In this document: positions 18,798-27,247 of the stretch, one piece after another
Layout of the letters: every line of letters starts with the position of its first letter
Position numbering within the stretch: position 1 is the stretch's first letter
NCBI GenBank assembly: GCA_900541745.1
Contig: UQLA01000006.1
Coordinates: 17,251 to 81,250, forward strand
DNA: 64,000 bases
DNA from: an uncultured Collinsella sp.
GTDB lineage: Bacteria > Actinomycetota > Coriobacteriia > Coriobacteriales > Coriobacteriaceae
Direction: 5' to 3'
The notes under the pieces: model-generated
The model's database searches: none
What the model was told of the DNA's origin: nothing
Seen by the model: only the letters and a program-made list of their open reading frames with translations
Position numbers and translations under genes: made by a program

Positions 18798-18982
18798 CCG
18801 ACAAAATCAAGCTGAAGCCATGTCCGTTCTGCGGCTCCACTGATCCGTTTCAATTCACTTGCTCAACACTCGATAGCGATGAAACAAGGTACGGCTTTTA
18901 TTGCTGGAACTGCAAGACAAAAGGGCCGCAGGCACTAAGCGAAGAGCTGGCGGCAGAAGCATGGAACAGGAGGGTGAAATGA
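18794..18982 (+). CDS. Lar-family (restriction alleviation-like) zinc ribbon protein
   Basis: LKPCPFCGS...CWNC...EAWNRR signature. Confidence 0.8.
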   Translation: MTDKIKLKPCPFCGSTDPFQFTCSTLDSDETRYGFYCWNCKTKGPQALSEELAAEAWNRRVK

Positions 18983-19209
18983 CAGCTCCGGCATCGACCA
19001 AATACAAGGTCAGCAAGAAGGTAATCAAGCGCTATCTGGCCGACCATGACCTCACGCAGAAGCAGCTGGCGCAGATGGCGGGTATCACGCCTACCGTACT
19101 CGGTACCTGCATCCGTTGCCAGCGCGACATGCGCATCGGAAACCTGTTCGCGCTTGCCGATGCAATGCGGATGGACCCGCGCGACCTCGTTGAGAAGGTG
19201 GACGAATGA
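18979..19209 (+). CDS. XRE-family HTH protein
   Basis: LTQKQLAQMAGITPTVLG...LADAMRMDPRDLV. Confidence 0.8.
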   Translation: MTAPASTKYKVSKKVIKRYLADHDLTQKQLAQMAGITPTVLGTCIRCQRDMRIGNLFALADAMRMDPRDLVEKVDE

Positions 19210-19505
19210 TTACCGATGATGTACGCCACGAGGTGGCGGCGAAGATGCTCGAGATATGCCGAGAGAACCCGGACGTCTCGCTTCAGGGCATGGTCGCCTC
19301 GACGATGAACGAGTGCCTGCCGGAGGGCATGGAGTACGGCCCGACGCTCGCCGAGCTGATTGACCGCCCGACCACCACGCGCCACGGCAAGTTCAAGACC
19401 AAGTACGGCAGGCAGACCCCATGCTGCGAGGTCTGCGGCTACTCAATCGGCGATATGCGGTGGAACCATTGTCCTAAGTGCGGGGCGGCGATTGTCGATG
19501 ATTAG
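19206..19505 (+). CDS. Paralog family B, copy 1 (C-terminal zinc ribbon)
   Basis: MITDDVRHEVA...LAELIDRPT...CEVCG...HCPKCGA. Confidence 0.75.
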   Translation: MITDDVRHEVAAKMLEICRENPDVSLQGMVASTMNECLPEGMEYGPTLAELIDRPTTTRHGKFKTKYGRQTPCCEVCGYSIGDMRWNHCPKCGAAIVDD

Positions 19506-19875
19506 CGATGAAGAGCGCCGCAATGTAGTCAAAGAATTGCGCCTGCGCAGCTGTTGCGAGGGATTCGAAAGCTGTGATAAGTGCAAGGCACTCAGTGTGA
19601 GATTGTTCGGCGATAAATGGGTTTTGTGCCAACTGGATAGCTGTGACGCGAATTACTGGGGAGCTCTTGCCGACTTAATCGACCGCCCAATGTGCCATGA
19701 CCTTGTCAAGCACAAGCAGGATCCGTTCATCCCGGGTAAGCGGATGGTCGATGGCTACTTCCACTGCTCAAGCTGCGATTGGAGCGGGCAGCTCTTGGAG
19801 TACATCGGCTTCGGAGGCATGTTGGCCTATGAGCCGGTTCACTGCCCGAAATGCGGGGAGGAGATCGAGCGATGA
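19498..19875 (+). CDS. Paralog family B, copy 2
   Basis: MISDEERRNVV...LADLIDRPM...CSSCD...HCPKCGE. Confidence 0.75.
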   Translation: MISDEERRNVVKELRLRSCCEGFESCDKCKALSVRLFGDKWVLCQLDSCDANYWGALADLIDRPMCHDLVKHKQDPFIPGKRMVDGYFHCSSCDWSGQLLEYIGFGGMLAYEPVHCPKCGEEIER

Positions 19876-19897
19876 CTACCGAAGAGCTGGACGAGAT

Positions 19898-20197
19898 ATG
19901 AGTGACGTCTACAAGCTGACGCAGAAGAGCGTCTGGACCAACAATATCGGCAGGCACACCACCTGGTATCTGCTGGATGAGCACAAGATGGGCTACTACA
20001 TCGACCACATCGAGTGGACGGTGCAGCGAGACTGGGGGCTTCTCAGGCTGGATTCCGAGTGCATGGCCTTCCGCTACAACGGCAAGAAGGGCTGCGTGAC
20101 CAGCTGGAGCGAACTCGATACCGTTCTCGGCATGGATCCGCAGGAGGCATTCGAGACCGTCTGCGAGCACCTCGGGATAAAGGTGAGATACCTCTAG
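19898..20197 (+). CDS. Hypothetical phage protein
   Basis: MSDVYKLTQK... with codon usage matching neighbours; followed by a terminator. Confidence 0.65.
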   Translation: MSDVYKLTQKSVWTNNIGRHTTWYLLDEHKMGYYIDHIEWTVQRDWGLLRLDSECMAFRYNGKKGCVTSWSELDTVLGMDPQEAFETVCEHLGIKVRYL

Positions 20198-20229
20198 TTG
20201 GAAAGGCCAGAACAATTTAATAGCAGGGG

Positions 20230-20264
20230 AAGGACGGTTGCATGCATGGCGACCGTCCTTTTTT
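20230..20264 (+). terminator. Intrinsic terminator
   Basis: AAGGACGGTTGC-7 nt-GCGACCGTCCTT-TTTT. Confidence 0.8.
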
Positions 20265-20315
20265 CAATCGCCGCGATAATCGCGGTCTGTCTTTACGGAG
20301 AAATGGAGAAATGAA

Positions 20316-20777
20316 ATGAATCCCAAAGGACCTAATCTCAAGGTCGTGCCGATCATGCTTGACGGCGATGACCTACTGCCGAAATACGCCCATGGCGTAG
20401 AGGACGCCGGGTGCGACCTCAAAGCGAATATCCCCAAACCAATCACCATTGCCCCGTGGAAATCGGTGTGGGTCGGCACGGGAGTGCATCTGGCGATGCC
20501 GGAGGGCATGTTCGCGCTCCAGGCACCGCGCTCGGGACTTAGCTGCAACCACGGCATCACGCTCGCAAATGCGCCGGGAATCATCGACCCCGGCTATCGC
20601 GGCGAGATTCGCTGCAAGCTGGTGAACCTGAGCGATGAGACTTACACGGTCTATCCACTTGAGCGAATCGCCCAGCTGGTGTTCCTACCGTTCGTCAACG
20701 CCGTGTTCACGACCTACGACAGCCTGCCGGAAAGCTCGCGCGGCGAGGACGGCTATGGAAGCACGGGGGCGATGTGA
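20316..20777 (+). CDS. dut: Trimeric dUTPase
   Basis: AGCDL, PRSGL, GIIDPGYRGEI, ERIAQLV, RGEDGYGSTG (motifs 1-5). Confidence 0.95.
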   Translation: MNPKGPNLKVVPIMLDGDDLLPKYAHGVEDAGCDLKANIPKPITIAPWKSVWVGTGVHLAMPEGMFALQAPRSGLSCNHGITLANAPGIIDPGYRGEIRCKLVNLSDETYTVYPLERIAQLVFLPFVNAVFTTYDSLPESSRGEDGYGSTGAM

Positions 20778-20950
20778 TGACAGATCAGGTGGGAAAGCGC
20801 TGCGCCACGTGCAAGTTCGCAAAGAACCCGCACACGACCAAGAGCACCGTGGTCGAGGTCAAGTACCTGACGTGCTGGCATAACCTGCCGCACGAGTGCC
20901 AGCCGTGGAATAAGTGCAATTTCTGGGAGCCGAAGGAGGTCGAGCGATGA
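20777..20950 (+). CDS. Small Cys-rich protein (57 aa), not in ORF track
   Basis: TGATG coupling; MTDQVGKRCATCKF...CW...CQPWNKCNFWEPK. Confidence 0.65.
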   Translation: MTDQVGKRCATCKFAKNPHTTKSTVVEVKYLTCWHNLPHECQPWNKCNFWEPKEVER

Positions 20951-21231
20951 GCGACCATCCCGATGTGTACCAGTGGATTGCAGACAAAAGAATGAATCGG
21001 TTTCTATCCCCGGAATCACACATCACGCTCCCGGCACCACACGCTGAAGTCAATGCCGAAGAACGCCGCAACGCCACGCGTGCCATAGGTTTCCTTGAGG
21101 GTTTCGGTGCGTTTCTGTGGACGCAGGTCGGCCCCAACCTAGCGGACGAAGAAGTAGCGGAGTTCGAGAAGCGTGTAGCGGAAATCGCCGCGTATATCGG
21201 TCTGCCGTCACGGGAAGTGGATGCCGAATGA
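20947..21231 (+). CDS. Hypothetical phage protein
   Basis: AAGGAGGT RBS; ATGA overlaps. Confidence 0.65.
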   Translation: MSDHPDVYQWIADKRMNRFLSPESHITLPAPHAEVNAEERRNATRAIGFLEGFGAFLWTQVGPNLADEEVAEFEKRVAEIAAYIGLPSREVDAE

Positions 21232-21374
21232 GCCGCCCAGAAAGCCCCAAGGTAACTCGTGCCAAGGAACTCATTAAAGACAAGCGCCTGACAAACAAGC
21301 AGATAGCCCTGCGCTGCGGCACGTCATCAAGCTATGTCGCACGGTTGTGCAACCAGATGGAGGTGGAGAAGTGA
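21228..21374 (+). CDS. Small HTH protein (48 aa)
   Basis: LTNKQIALRCGTSSSYVARL HTH pattern. Confidence 0.65.
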   Translation: MSRPESPKVTRAKELIKDKRLTNKQIALRCGTSSSYVARLCNQMEVEK

Positions 21375-21568
21375 AGTTTAGCGCCTATTGCAAGGGTACT
21401 GAAATCTCATGTATGAAAAGCGGGTATGACCTCGCCCCAGATGGAATCGTAGCCACATTTATTGTCTTCAGTGACCTTGGTAGTGAGGATATCCGATTGC
21501 CATTTAAAGCAAAAGACGCCCCGACCATTGGCAAGCAGTACGAAATCGAGGTGCGCCCATGCAAGTAA
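21371..21568 (+). CDS. Hypothetical phage protein
   Basis: GGAGGT RBS; GTGA overlap. Confidence 0.6.
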   Translation: MKFSAYCKGTEISCMKSGYDLAPDGIVATFIVFSDLGSEDIRLPFKAKDAPTIGKQYEIEVRPCK

Positions 21569-21903
21569 TGGGAGTGGAGCTTGAGGATGAAGAGATGACG
21601 TTGACGAGGGATGCCGGGTGTCCCGAGCACTACAGAGGTGATGGGTTCATCACGTGCTCCCGCGCCATGAAGGCGGCGCTCGGCAGATGGCCCGCCTCCG
21701 TCGCACTGTGCTGCACCATGGCGATCTGGTGGTGGTGCTGTGCCTTCAAGTACGTGTGGAGGTGCATGGTCAAGGGCAAGACGCTCGAGGACATCGACAA
21801 GGCAATTGACTGCCTGTACAAGCTGCGCAAGGAGATCAAGCCGTACCTGGAGTCGCAGATGAAGGCCGACCACGCCGTTGCAGGCAAGAGCAATGAAGGC
21901 TAG
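21559..21903 (+). CDS. DUF3310-like protein
   Basis: PEHY...AFKYVWRCMVKGKTLEDIDKAIDCL pattern. Confidence 0.75.
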   Translation: MQVMGVELEDEEMTLTRDAGCPEHYRGDGFITCSRAMKAALGRWPASVALCCTMAIWWWCCAFKYVWRCMVKGKTLEDIDKAIDCLYKLRKEIKPYLESQMKADHAVAGKSNEG

Positions 21904-22624
21904 CTGCAGGCGCGACGTCTGCCCACATTGCGATGGTCACACCGCCGTGCGCATTGCGTCAGGAAAATACAGGTGTGAGAGGTGCGGGCGCGAGATGGAT
22001 TTCAGGGAGGTCAACTACCGCACGAGCGCGGAGGTCGAGGCCGCTAAGGAGAAAGTACGTGCGCGAGCGAAAGAGTTCGGTCGCACGCACTCGAAGAAAT
22101 ATCTTCGCGAGCATGCGGACGAGATGAGCCAATCCGAGCGCGAGATGACCGAGCACTACCTCGAGGTGCAGAAGGAGCGCATGCACCAGAGGCACCTAAA
22201 AAAGTACGCAAAGCTCAAGAGCGACCCCGCGGCGTACGAGCGGTACCTGAAGGCCAACAGGCAGAGAAGTGCCAGATGGAAACAGCAAAAACGCGAGGAA
22301 TTCGAGCAGATTAAGCGAGAGGTGAGCGACGAGCTCGCAAAGGAGAGGAAAAGGACAAGACAAATGGCAGGACACGAGACCGTGCGCTCGACCGACTTGA
22401 GCGCACTCCAGGGCATCTTCTTCGAGGAGCTGGACAACCTGATGGCGCTCGACATCAACGGCGACGACGAGGCGATCGAGCGCGAGATCAACCGCGCGAA
22501 GGCAGTCTCCGATGTGGGTGCGCGCGCCATCGAGAATGCCAACACCGCCGTGGGCATCATCCGCGCACGCTCCGAGATGGCCGGCGCGAAGCTCGCGAGC
22601 GTCCCCGCGATGCTGAAGTCGTAA
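21893..22624 (+). CDS. Zinc-ribbon/coiled-coil protein with a probable internal in-frame start at 22364
   Basis: CPHC...CERC N-terminus. The C-terminal STDLSALQGIFFEELDNL...EINRAKAVSDV resembles small phage proteins found upstream of HNH genes. Confidence 0.6.
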   Translation: MKASCRRDVCPHCDGHTAVRIASGKYRCERCGREMDFREVNYRTSAEVEAAKEKVRARAKEFGRTHSKKYLREHADEMSQSEREMTEHYLEVQKERMHQRHLKKYAKLKSDPAAYERYLKANRQRSARWKQQKREEFEQIKREVSDELAKERKRTRQMAGHETVRSTDLSALQGIFFEELDNLMALDINGDDEAIEREINRAKAVSDVGARAIENANTAVGIIRARSEMAGAKLASVPAMLKS

Positions 22625-22629
22625 GAACG

Positions 22630-23649
22630 ATGAGCAGGGTCATGACGAAGGCGGAACACAGGTGGCTTCTCGACATGGCCCCGCGATTCCGCTCATGGGA
22701 CGATCTCCTCGCCTCGTTCGAGTGCGCCTTCGGCTACCTGCCGAAGCGCCAGACCGCGCAATGCTACATCTCGAAGCACGGCGTGAAGCTGATGAGCACC
22801 ACCGTCCGCTGGCTGGAGCATCCGGAGTATGACGAGTTCCTGCGGGAATTCGTCCCCGGTCACAGCCAGGGCGAGATTATCGACGAATTCGAGAAAAGGT
22901 TCGATATAAGGTTGAGGGTTGCCCAGCTCAAAGACCGCGAGGCGACGTTGGGCCTGAAGCAGGGCACGTTCGGCGGCAGGTTCGCGCCCGGCACCGTTCC
23001 GCCCAACAAGGGCAAGAAGCTGACCGACTACGTCAAGGACGAGCAGAAGCTTGCGAACATCAGACGCTGCCAGTTCAAGAAGGGCGAGGAAGTACACAAC
23101 GAATGCCCCATCGGAACCGAACGCGTGAGCAGGGACGGCTATATCGAGGTCAAGGTGCCCAAGGAGGATGCCGACGACCGCGCCCACGGATGGTGGAAGC
23201 CGAAGCACCGGCTCATCTGGGAGCAGATAAACGGTCGGAAGCTCCAGAAGGGCGAAAGTGTGATGTTCGCCGACCGCGACATGACGAACTTCGACCCCGA
23301 TAACCTCGTGATGGTCACGCAGGCGCAGCGGCTCTACATCAACAGGCACGGTATCCCGTACCACGATGCCGAATCGCTCAGGACCGCTGTCGCCATGGCG
23401 AAGCTGAACGAGGCGATCGTGACCGCCGAGCTGAGGCCGCGCAAGTGCCCGTGCTGCGGCAAGACATACAAACCGCAGTACAAGGCGCAGCGCACCTGCC
23501 GCGAGTGCCTTGACTCGGGGCGCAAGGCAAGGCGCAGCTACGGCATCGCCGTGTGCCAGAGGTGCGGCGCCACGTTCGAGAAGCTGAGCGTGCGGGGGAA
23601 GTACTGTCCAAAGTGTCGCAAGAAGAACTACAGAAAGGAGAAAGGCTGA
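22630..23649 (+). CDS. HNH-like phage protein with C-terminal zinc ribbons
   Basis: PIGTERVSRDGYIEVKV...KHRLIWEQING...FADRDMTNFDPDNL, then four CxxC motifs. Confidence 0.8.
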   Translation: MSRVMTKAEHRWLLDMAPRFRSWDDLLASFECAFGYLPKRQTAQCYISKHGVKLMSTTVRWLEHPEYDEFLREFVPGHSQGEIIDEFEKRFDIRLRVAQLKDREATLGLKQGTFGGRFAPGTVPPNKGKKLTDYVKDEQKLANIRRCQFKKGEEVHNECPIGTERVSRDGYIEVKVPKEDADDRAHGWWKPKHRLIWEQINGRKLQKGESVMFADRDMTNFDPDNLVMVTQAQRLYINRHGIPYHDAESLRTAVAMAKLNEAIVTAELRPRKCPCCGKTYKPQYKAQRTCRECLDSGRKARRSYGIAVCQRCGATFEKLSVRGKYCPKCRKKNYRKEKG

Positions 23650-25952
23650 TGGAAGACCATAGCGACCTTCTGGACGCGCTCTCGGCAATCGACCCGTCCA
23701 CGCTCAACTACCAGGAATGGCTGGACGTCGGCATGGCGCTCCACGAGAGCGGGCTTCCGCTCGATGCGTGGGACGAGTGGAGCCGCAGGGACGCGGGAAG
23801 GTACCACGATGGCGAGTGCGAGCGCAAGTGGCGCGGCTTCGGTTCCGGCGAGACGAGGGTGAAGTCGGGCACGCTCGCGAAGATGGCGACCGAGCGCGGC
23901 TGGGTCCCGCCGCGTGCGTCCCAGGGAATGGGCGAGGCGCTGTCTTGGGACGGCGAGATCTCGACCGCGCTCATCGACCCGTCATGGGTGGAGCCGGTCG
24001 AGCTGCCCGAGACCGACAAAACGGGTCCCGAGGAGCTTGTCGAGTACCTCGGTCACCTGTTCGACGAGGACGATGTGGTCGGCTACGTGTGCGAGAGCTG
24101 GGACCGCGAGGGCAAATGGCTCCCCAAATCGAAGGGATGCTACTCGCGCACCGCCGGCGAGCTGATGCGCGAATTGAAGAAGTACGGCTCCATCGAGCAG
24201 GCCCTGGGCGCCTACGACGAACGCGCCGGCGCATGGATCCGAATCAACCCGCTCGACGGCAAGGGCGTGGGAAACGCCAACGTCGCGGAGTTCAAGTACG
24301 CCCTGGTCGAATCCGACACGCTGCCCAAGGAGAAGCAGCTGGCGCTCGTGCGGGAGCTCCAGCTGCCGTGCGCCGCAATCGTCGATTCCGGCAAGAAGAG
24401 CCTGCACGCCGTGGTGAAGGTCGACGCCCGCGACTACAACGAGTACCGCGACCGCGTCATGCGCCTGTACGACGTTTGCCGCAAGAACGGACTCGACCCC
24501 GACACCCAGAACAAGAACCCGAGCCGCCTGTCGAGGATGCCCGGCGCCATGCGCTCGGGCGAGCGGCAGCGCCTCGTGAGCGGGCCGTGCGGCAGGGCAT
24601 CGTGGGCCGAGTGGTGGGACTGGATGCAGGAGACCACCGACGACCTGCCCGATCCCGAGAACTTGGCATCCGAGTGGGACGATATGCCCGAGCTCGCGCC
24701 GCCGCTCATCGACGGGGTGCTGCGCCAGGGCCACAAGATGTTGCTCGCGGGGCCGTCCAAGGCGGGCAAGTCGTTCGCGCTCATCGAGCTTTGCGTGTCG
24801 ATCGCCGAGGGCAGGCCGTGGTTCGGCTGGGGGTGCGCGCAGGGGAGGGTGCTCTACGTCAACCTCGAGCTGGATTCCGCGAGCTGCCTGCACCGATTCA
24901 AGGACGTGTACGGGGCGCTCGGCTACGCGCCCGAGAACGTGGGGAACATCGACATCTGGAACCTGCGAGGGCGCTCCGTGCCGATGGACAGGCTGGCGCC
25001 CTCGCTCATCCGCCGTGCGCTCAAGACGCGCCCAATCGCCGTGGTGATCGACCCCATCTACAAGGTCATCACGGGAGACGAGAACAGCGCCGACCAGATG
25101 GCGGCGTTCTGCAACCAGTTCGACAAGGTCGCCCAGCAGGTCGGGTGCGCCGTCATCTACTGCCACCACCATTCCAAGGGCCTGCAGGGGCAGAAGCGCT
25201 CCATGGACCGCGCTTCGGGCTCGGGCGTTTTCGCGCGAGACCCGGACGCGCTGCTGGACATGACCGCGCTGGAGCTGACGGACGAATGCACCAAGGCGCA
25301 CTACGACTGGCGCAGGCAGCACGCGATCTGGGCCGCCTTCGACAAGTTCTTGCCGGAATGGCGATCGGATGAGAAGTTCGTCGGTATCGACTCGGCCGAC
25401 GATTTGCAGAAGTGGGCGAACGAGTCTGCGAACGGCGCGCCCATCGAATTGCGCCGCGAACTTGAATCCATCCACGAGAGCCTACAGGGGTCATCGCGTG
25501 GGTGGGCCGCGTGGCGCATCGAGGGCACGCTGCGCGAGTTCCGCAGCTTCAAGCCCAAGAACCTGTGGTTCGAGTATCCCGTTCACCTGCCCGATGAGAC
25601 CGGTGCCTTGGCTGACCTGAAATGCGAGGGCGAGTACGACCCGAGGGCGAGCCGTTCCAAGGGAAGGGATGTTAAAGCCAAGAACGACAAGAGCGCACAA
25701 CAGGTCAAGGTCGAACTGATCCGTGAAGCCATGGAGCAGTGCGCCGAGGATGGGGTTGAGCCGACAAGAAATGCAATCTTGGAGCGAATCGGAGAATTCC
25801 GAGGGAATCCAGTGAGCAGTTCACAGCTCAAATCTTGGACCTGCAATGTATCGAAATGGAGTCCCTTCAGAATCAAAGACGGCACGAACCTGATCTATGA
25901 CAAAGATAACCAGGCACTTGAATTCGACGGAGAAATCGACCTTTCCGAGTAG
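23649..25952 (+). CDS. Primase-helicase (PriCT-2 / AEP-like / RepA-type AAA helicase)
   Basis: YQEWLDVGMALH PriCT-2, VESD and DSGKKSLHA primase motifs, GPSKAGKS Walker A, VIDP, HHHSKG. Confidence 0.88.
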   Translation: MEDHSDLLDALSAIDPSTLNYQEWLDVGMALHESGLPLDAWDEWSRRDAGRYHDGECERKWRGFGSGETRVKSGTLAKMATERGWVPPRASQGMGEALSWDGEISTALIDPSWVEPVELPETDKTGPEELVEYLGHLFDEDDVVGYVCESWDREGKWLPKSKGCYSRTAGELMRELKKYGSIEQALGAYDERAGAWIRINPLDGKGVGNANVAEFKYALVESDTLPKEKQLALVRELQLPCAAIVDSGKKSLHAVVKVDARDYNEYRDRVMRLYDVCRKNGLDPDTQNKNPSRLSRMPGAMRSGERQRLVSGPCGRASWAEWWDWMQETTDDLPDPENLASEWDDMPELAPPLIDGVLRQGHKMLLAGPSKAGKSFALIELCVSIAEGRPWFGWGCAQGRVLYVNLELDSASCLHRFKDVYGALGYAPENVGNIDIWNLRGRSVPMDRLAPSLIRRALKTRPIAVVIDPIYKVITGDENSADQMAAFCNQFDKVAQQVGCAVIYCHHHSKGLQGQKRSMDRASGSGVFARDPDALLDMTALELTDECTKAHYDWRRQHAIWAAFDKFLPEWRSDEKFVGIDSADDLQKWANESANGAPIELRRELESIHESLQGSSRGWAAWRIEGTLREFRSFKPKNLWFEYPVHLPDETGALADLKCEGEYDPRASRSKGRDVKAKNDKSAQQVKVELIREAMEQCAEDGVEPTRNAILERIGEFRGNPVSSSQLKSWTCNVSKWSPFRIKDGTNLIYDKDNQALEFDGEIDLSE

Positions 25953-25970
25953 CTTTCAAAATTTTTAACC

Positions 25971-26143
25971 CACGGGTGTGACACTGTATTTTTTCAGTTT
26001 CGCACGGGTGTGAAAAAGGGGGTGTGACACTACTACTACGTAGTAGAGTTTCACACCCTACACCCCAAGGGTTAAGTGTGGACACGTGCGTGCGGGCTAA
26101 AGCCGCGCCCGCACTCGTGCGCTGTGGCCTACGGTCCACACCC
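25971..26143. promoter_or_regulatory. Putative phage replication origin (iterons and palindromes)
   Basis: GGGTGTGA at 25974, 26006 and 26020, inverted at 26051; perfect palindrome CTACTACGTAGTAG at 26033-26046; directly after the primase-helicase. Confidence 0.65.
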
Positions 26144-26225
26144 AACCCCCGCGGTGTAAATGGGAATTCCGCGTTTCGCCGCTTTTCAATTTTTTCGACA
26201 ACTGAATCAAACGAGAGGGGTTCGT

Positions 26226-26294
26226 ATGAAATTCGACCCATGGACATTCGTCGGCTGCCTCGCCGTGCTCGCGCAAATCGGGGGGCTCTGCTGA
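26226..26294 (+). CDS. 22-aa hydrophobic minigene coupled to rusA
   Basis: GAGAGGGG RBS; MKFDPWTFVGCLAVLAQIGGLC; its TGA overlaps the rusA ATG. Confidence 0.45.
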   Translation: MKFDPWTFVGCLAVLAQIGGLC

Positions 26295-26743
26295 TGGCGG
26301 GGGAGTGGTCGGCGTTTCTCGCCATGGCCGTGCCCACCGTCACGCACAACGACCTCATCCCGTTCATGCGCAAGGGCAAGCCGAGCATCCGCAAGTCCGA
26401 CGAGCTGAAGGAGGCCGAGGACAGGATCATCGCCCGCATCATCGCCGCCGGCGTGCCCGATAAGCCCTTGGACGGCGCGCTGAAACTGACCGTCAGGTGG
26501 TGCTTCCACGTGACCGGCAGCCACCGGCAGGGCGAGCCGCACCTCACGAAGCCGGACACCAGCAACCTGCTGAAGACGCTCGAGGACTGCCTGACCAGAT
26601 GCGGGGTCATCCGTGACGACTCGCTCATCTGCCAGCACGACTTGGGCAAGGGATGGTCGGACCCGCGTGGCATCTACGTCCGCGTCGAGTGCATCGGCCT
26701 CGATTCGGGGGACGGCACCGCGACCATGGGCACAGAGAAGTAA
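26294..26743 (+). CDS. rusA: RusA-family Holliday junction resolvase
   Basis: TKPDTSNLLKTLEDCLT..G.IRDDSLI catalytic motif. Confidence 0.88.
   Translation: MAGEWSAFLAMAVPTVTHNDLIPFMRKGKPSIRKSDELKEAEDRIIARIIAAGVPDKPLDGALKLTVRWCFHVTGSHRQGEPHLTKPDTSNLLKTLEDCLTRCGVIRDDSLICQHDLGKGWSDPRGIYVRVECIGLDSGDGTATMGTEK
26707..26727 (+). promoter_or_regulatory. Putative late promoter 1 (GGGGGAC-N8-GACCAT)
   Basis: Motif recurs five times; this copy ends 36 nt before the HNH ATG. Confidence 0.7.
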
Positions 26744-26763
26744 CGGGAGAAGGGACACAGGCA

Positions 26764-27075
26764 ATGGGAGGAAACAGCGCGGGCCGCGTGCAGACGCGCA
26801 GGTTCCACAGGCTCAAGGCGGAGTTCTTCGCCAGGTGCCAGGCCGAGCGCCCGGTGTGCTGGCTCTGCGGTCAGCCCATCGACTACTCGGCCGACCCGGG
26901 CACGACCGCCGACTCGCTGACATTGGACCACCGCGTGCCCGTGAGCAAGCGGCCCGACCTGCAGGAAGACCCGGCGAACTTCGAGCCCGCGCATTTCGCG
27001 TGCAACTCCAGGCGAGGCAACGGCGAGCCGCCCGTGAGCCTGGGAGTGCTGAGCCGCAAGTGGACAGCGGACTGA
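26764..27075 (+). CDS. Packaging-associated HNH endonuclease
   Basis: CWLCG, TLDHRVP, AHFACNSRRGN; upstream of the terminase genes. Confidence 0.9.
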   Translation: MGGNSAGRVQTRRFHRLKAEFFARCQAERPVCWLCGQPIDYSADPGTTADSLTLDHRVPVSKRPDLQEDPANFEPAHFACNSRRGNGEPPVSLGVLSRKWTAD

Positions 27076-27151
27076 GGGGGGAGGGGCGGCAAGCGATCTG
27101 CCTGCGGGTTTGGCGGACTACCATCCGCGTGCGCCTCCTTCCTCTCTCCCC
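27076..27151. other. Putative cos/packaging-site region
   Basis: Non-coding gap between HNH and terS, with a G-rich start (GGGGGGAGGGG) and a C-rich end (CCTCTCTCCCC). Exact cut site unknown. Confidence 0.45.
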
Positions 27152-27247
27152 GATATTCTGATTTGGAATACCAGCGGGTAGAGGGGTGTTTTTGATTGAT
27201 GTTTGGGGAAGATGCCCCGAAAAAGCCGGCGGACGAGGTGATTTTGG

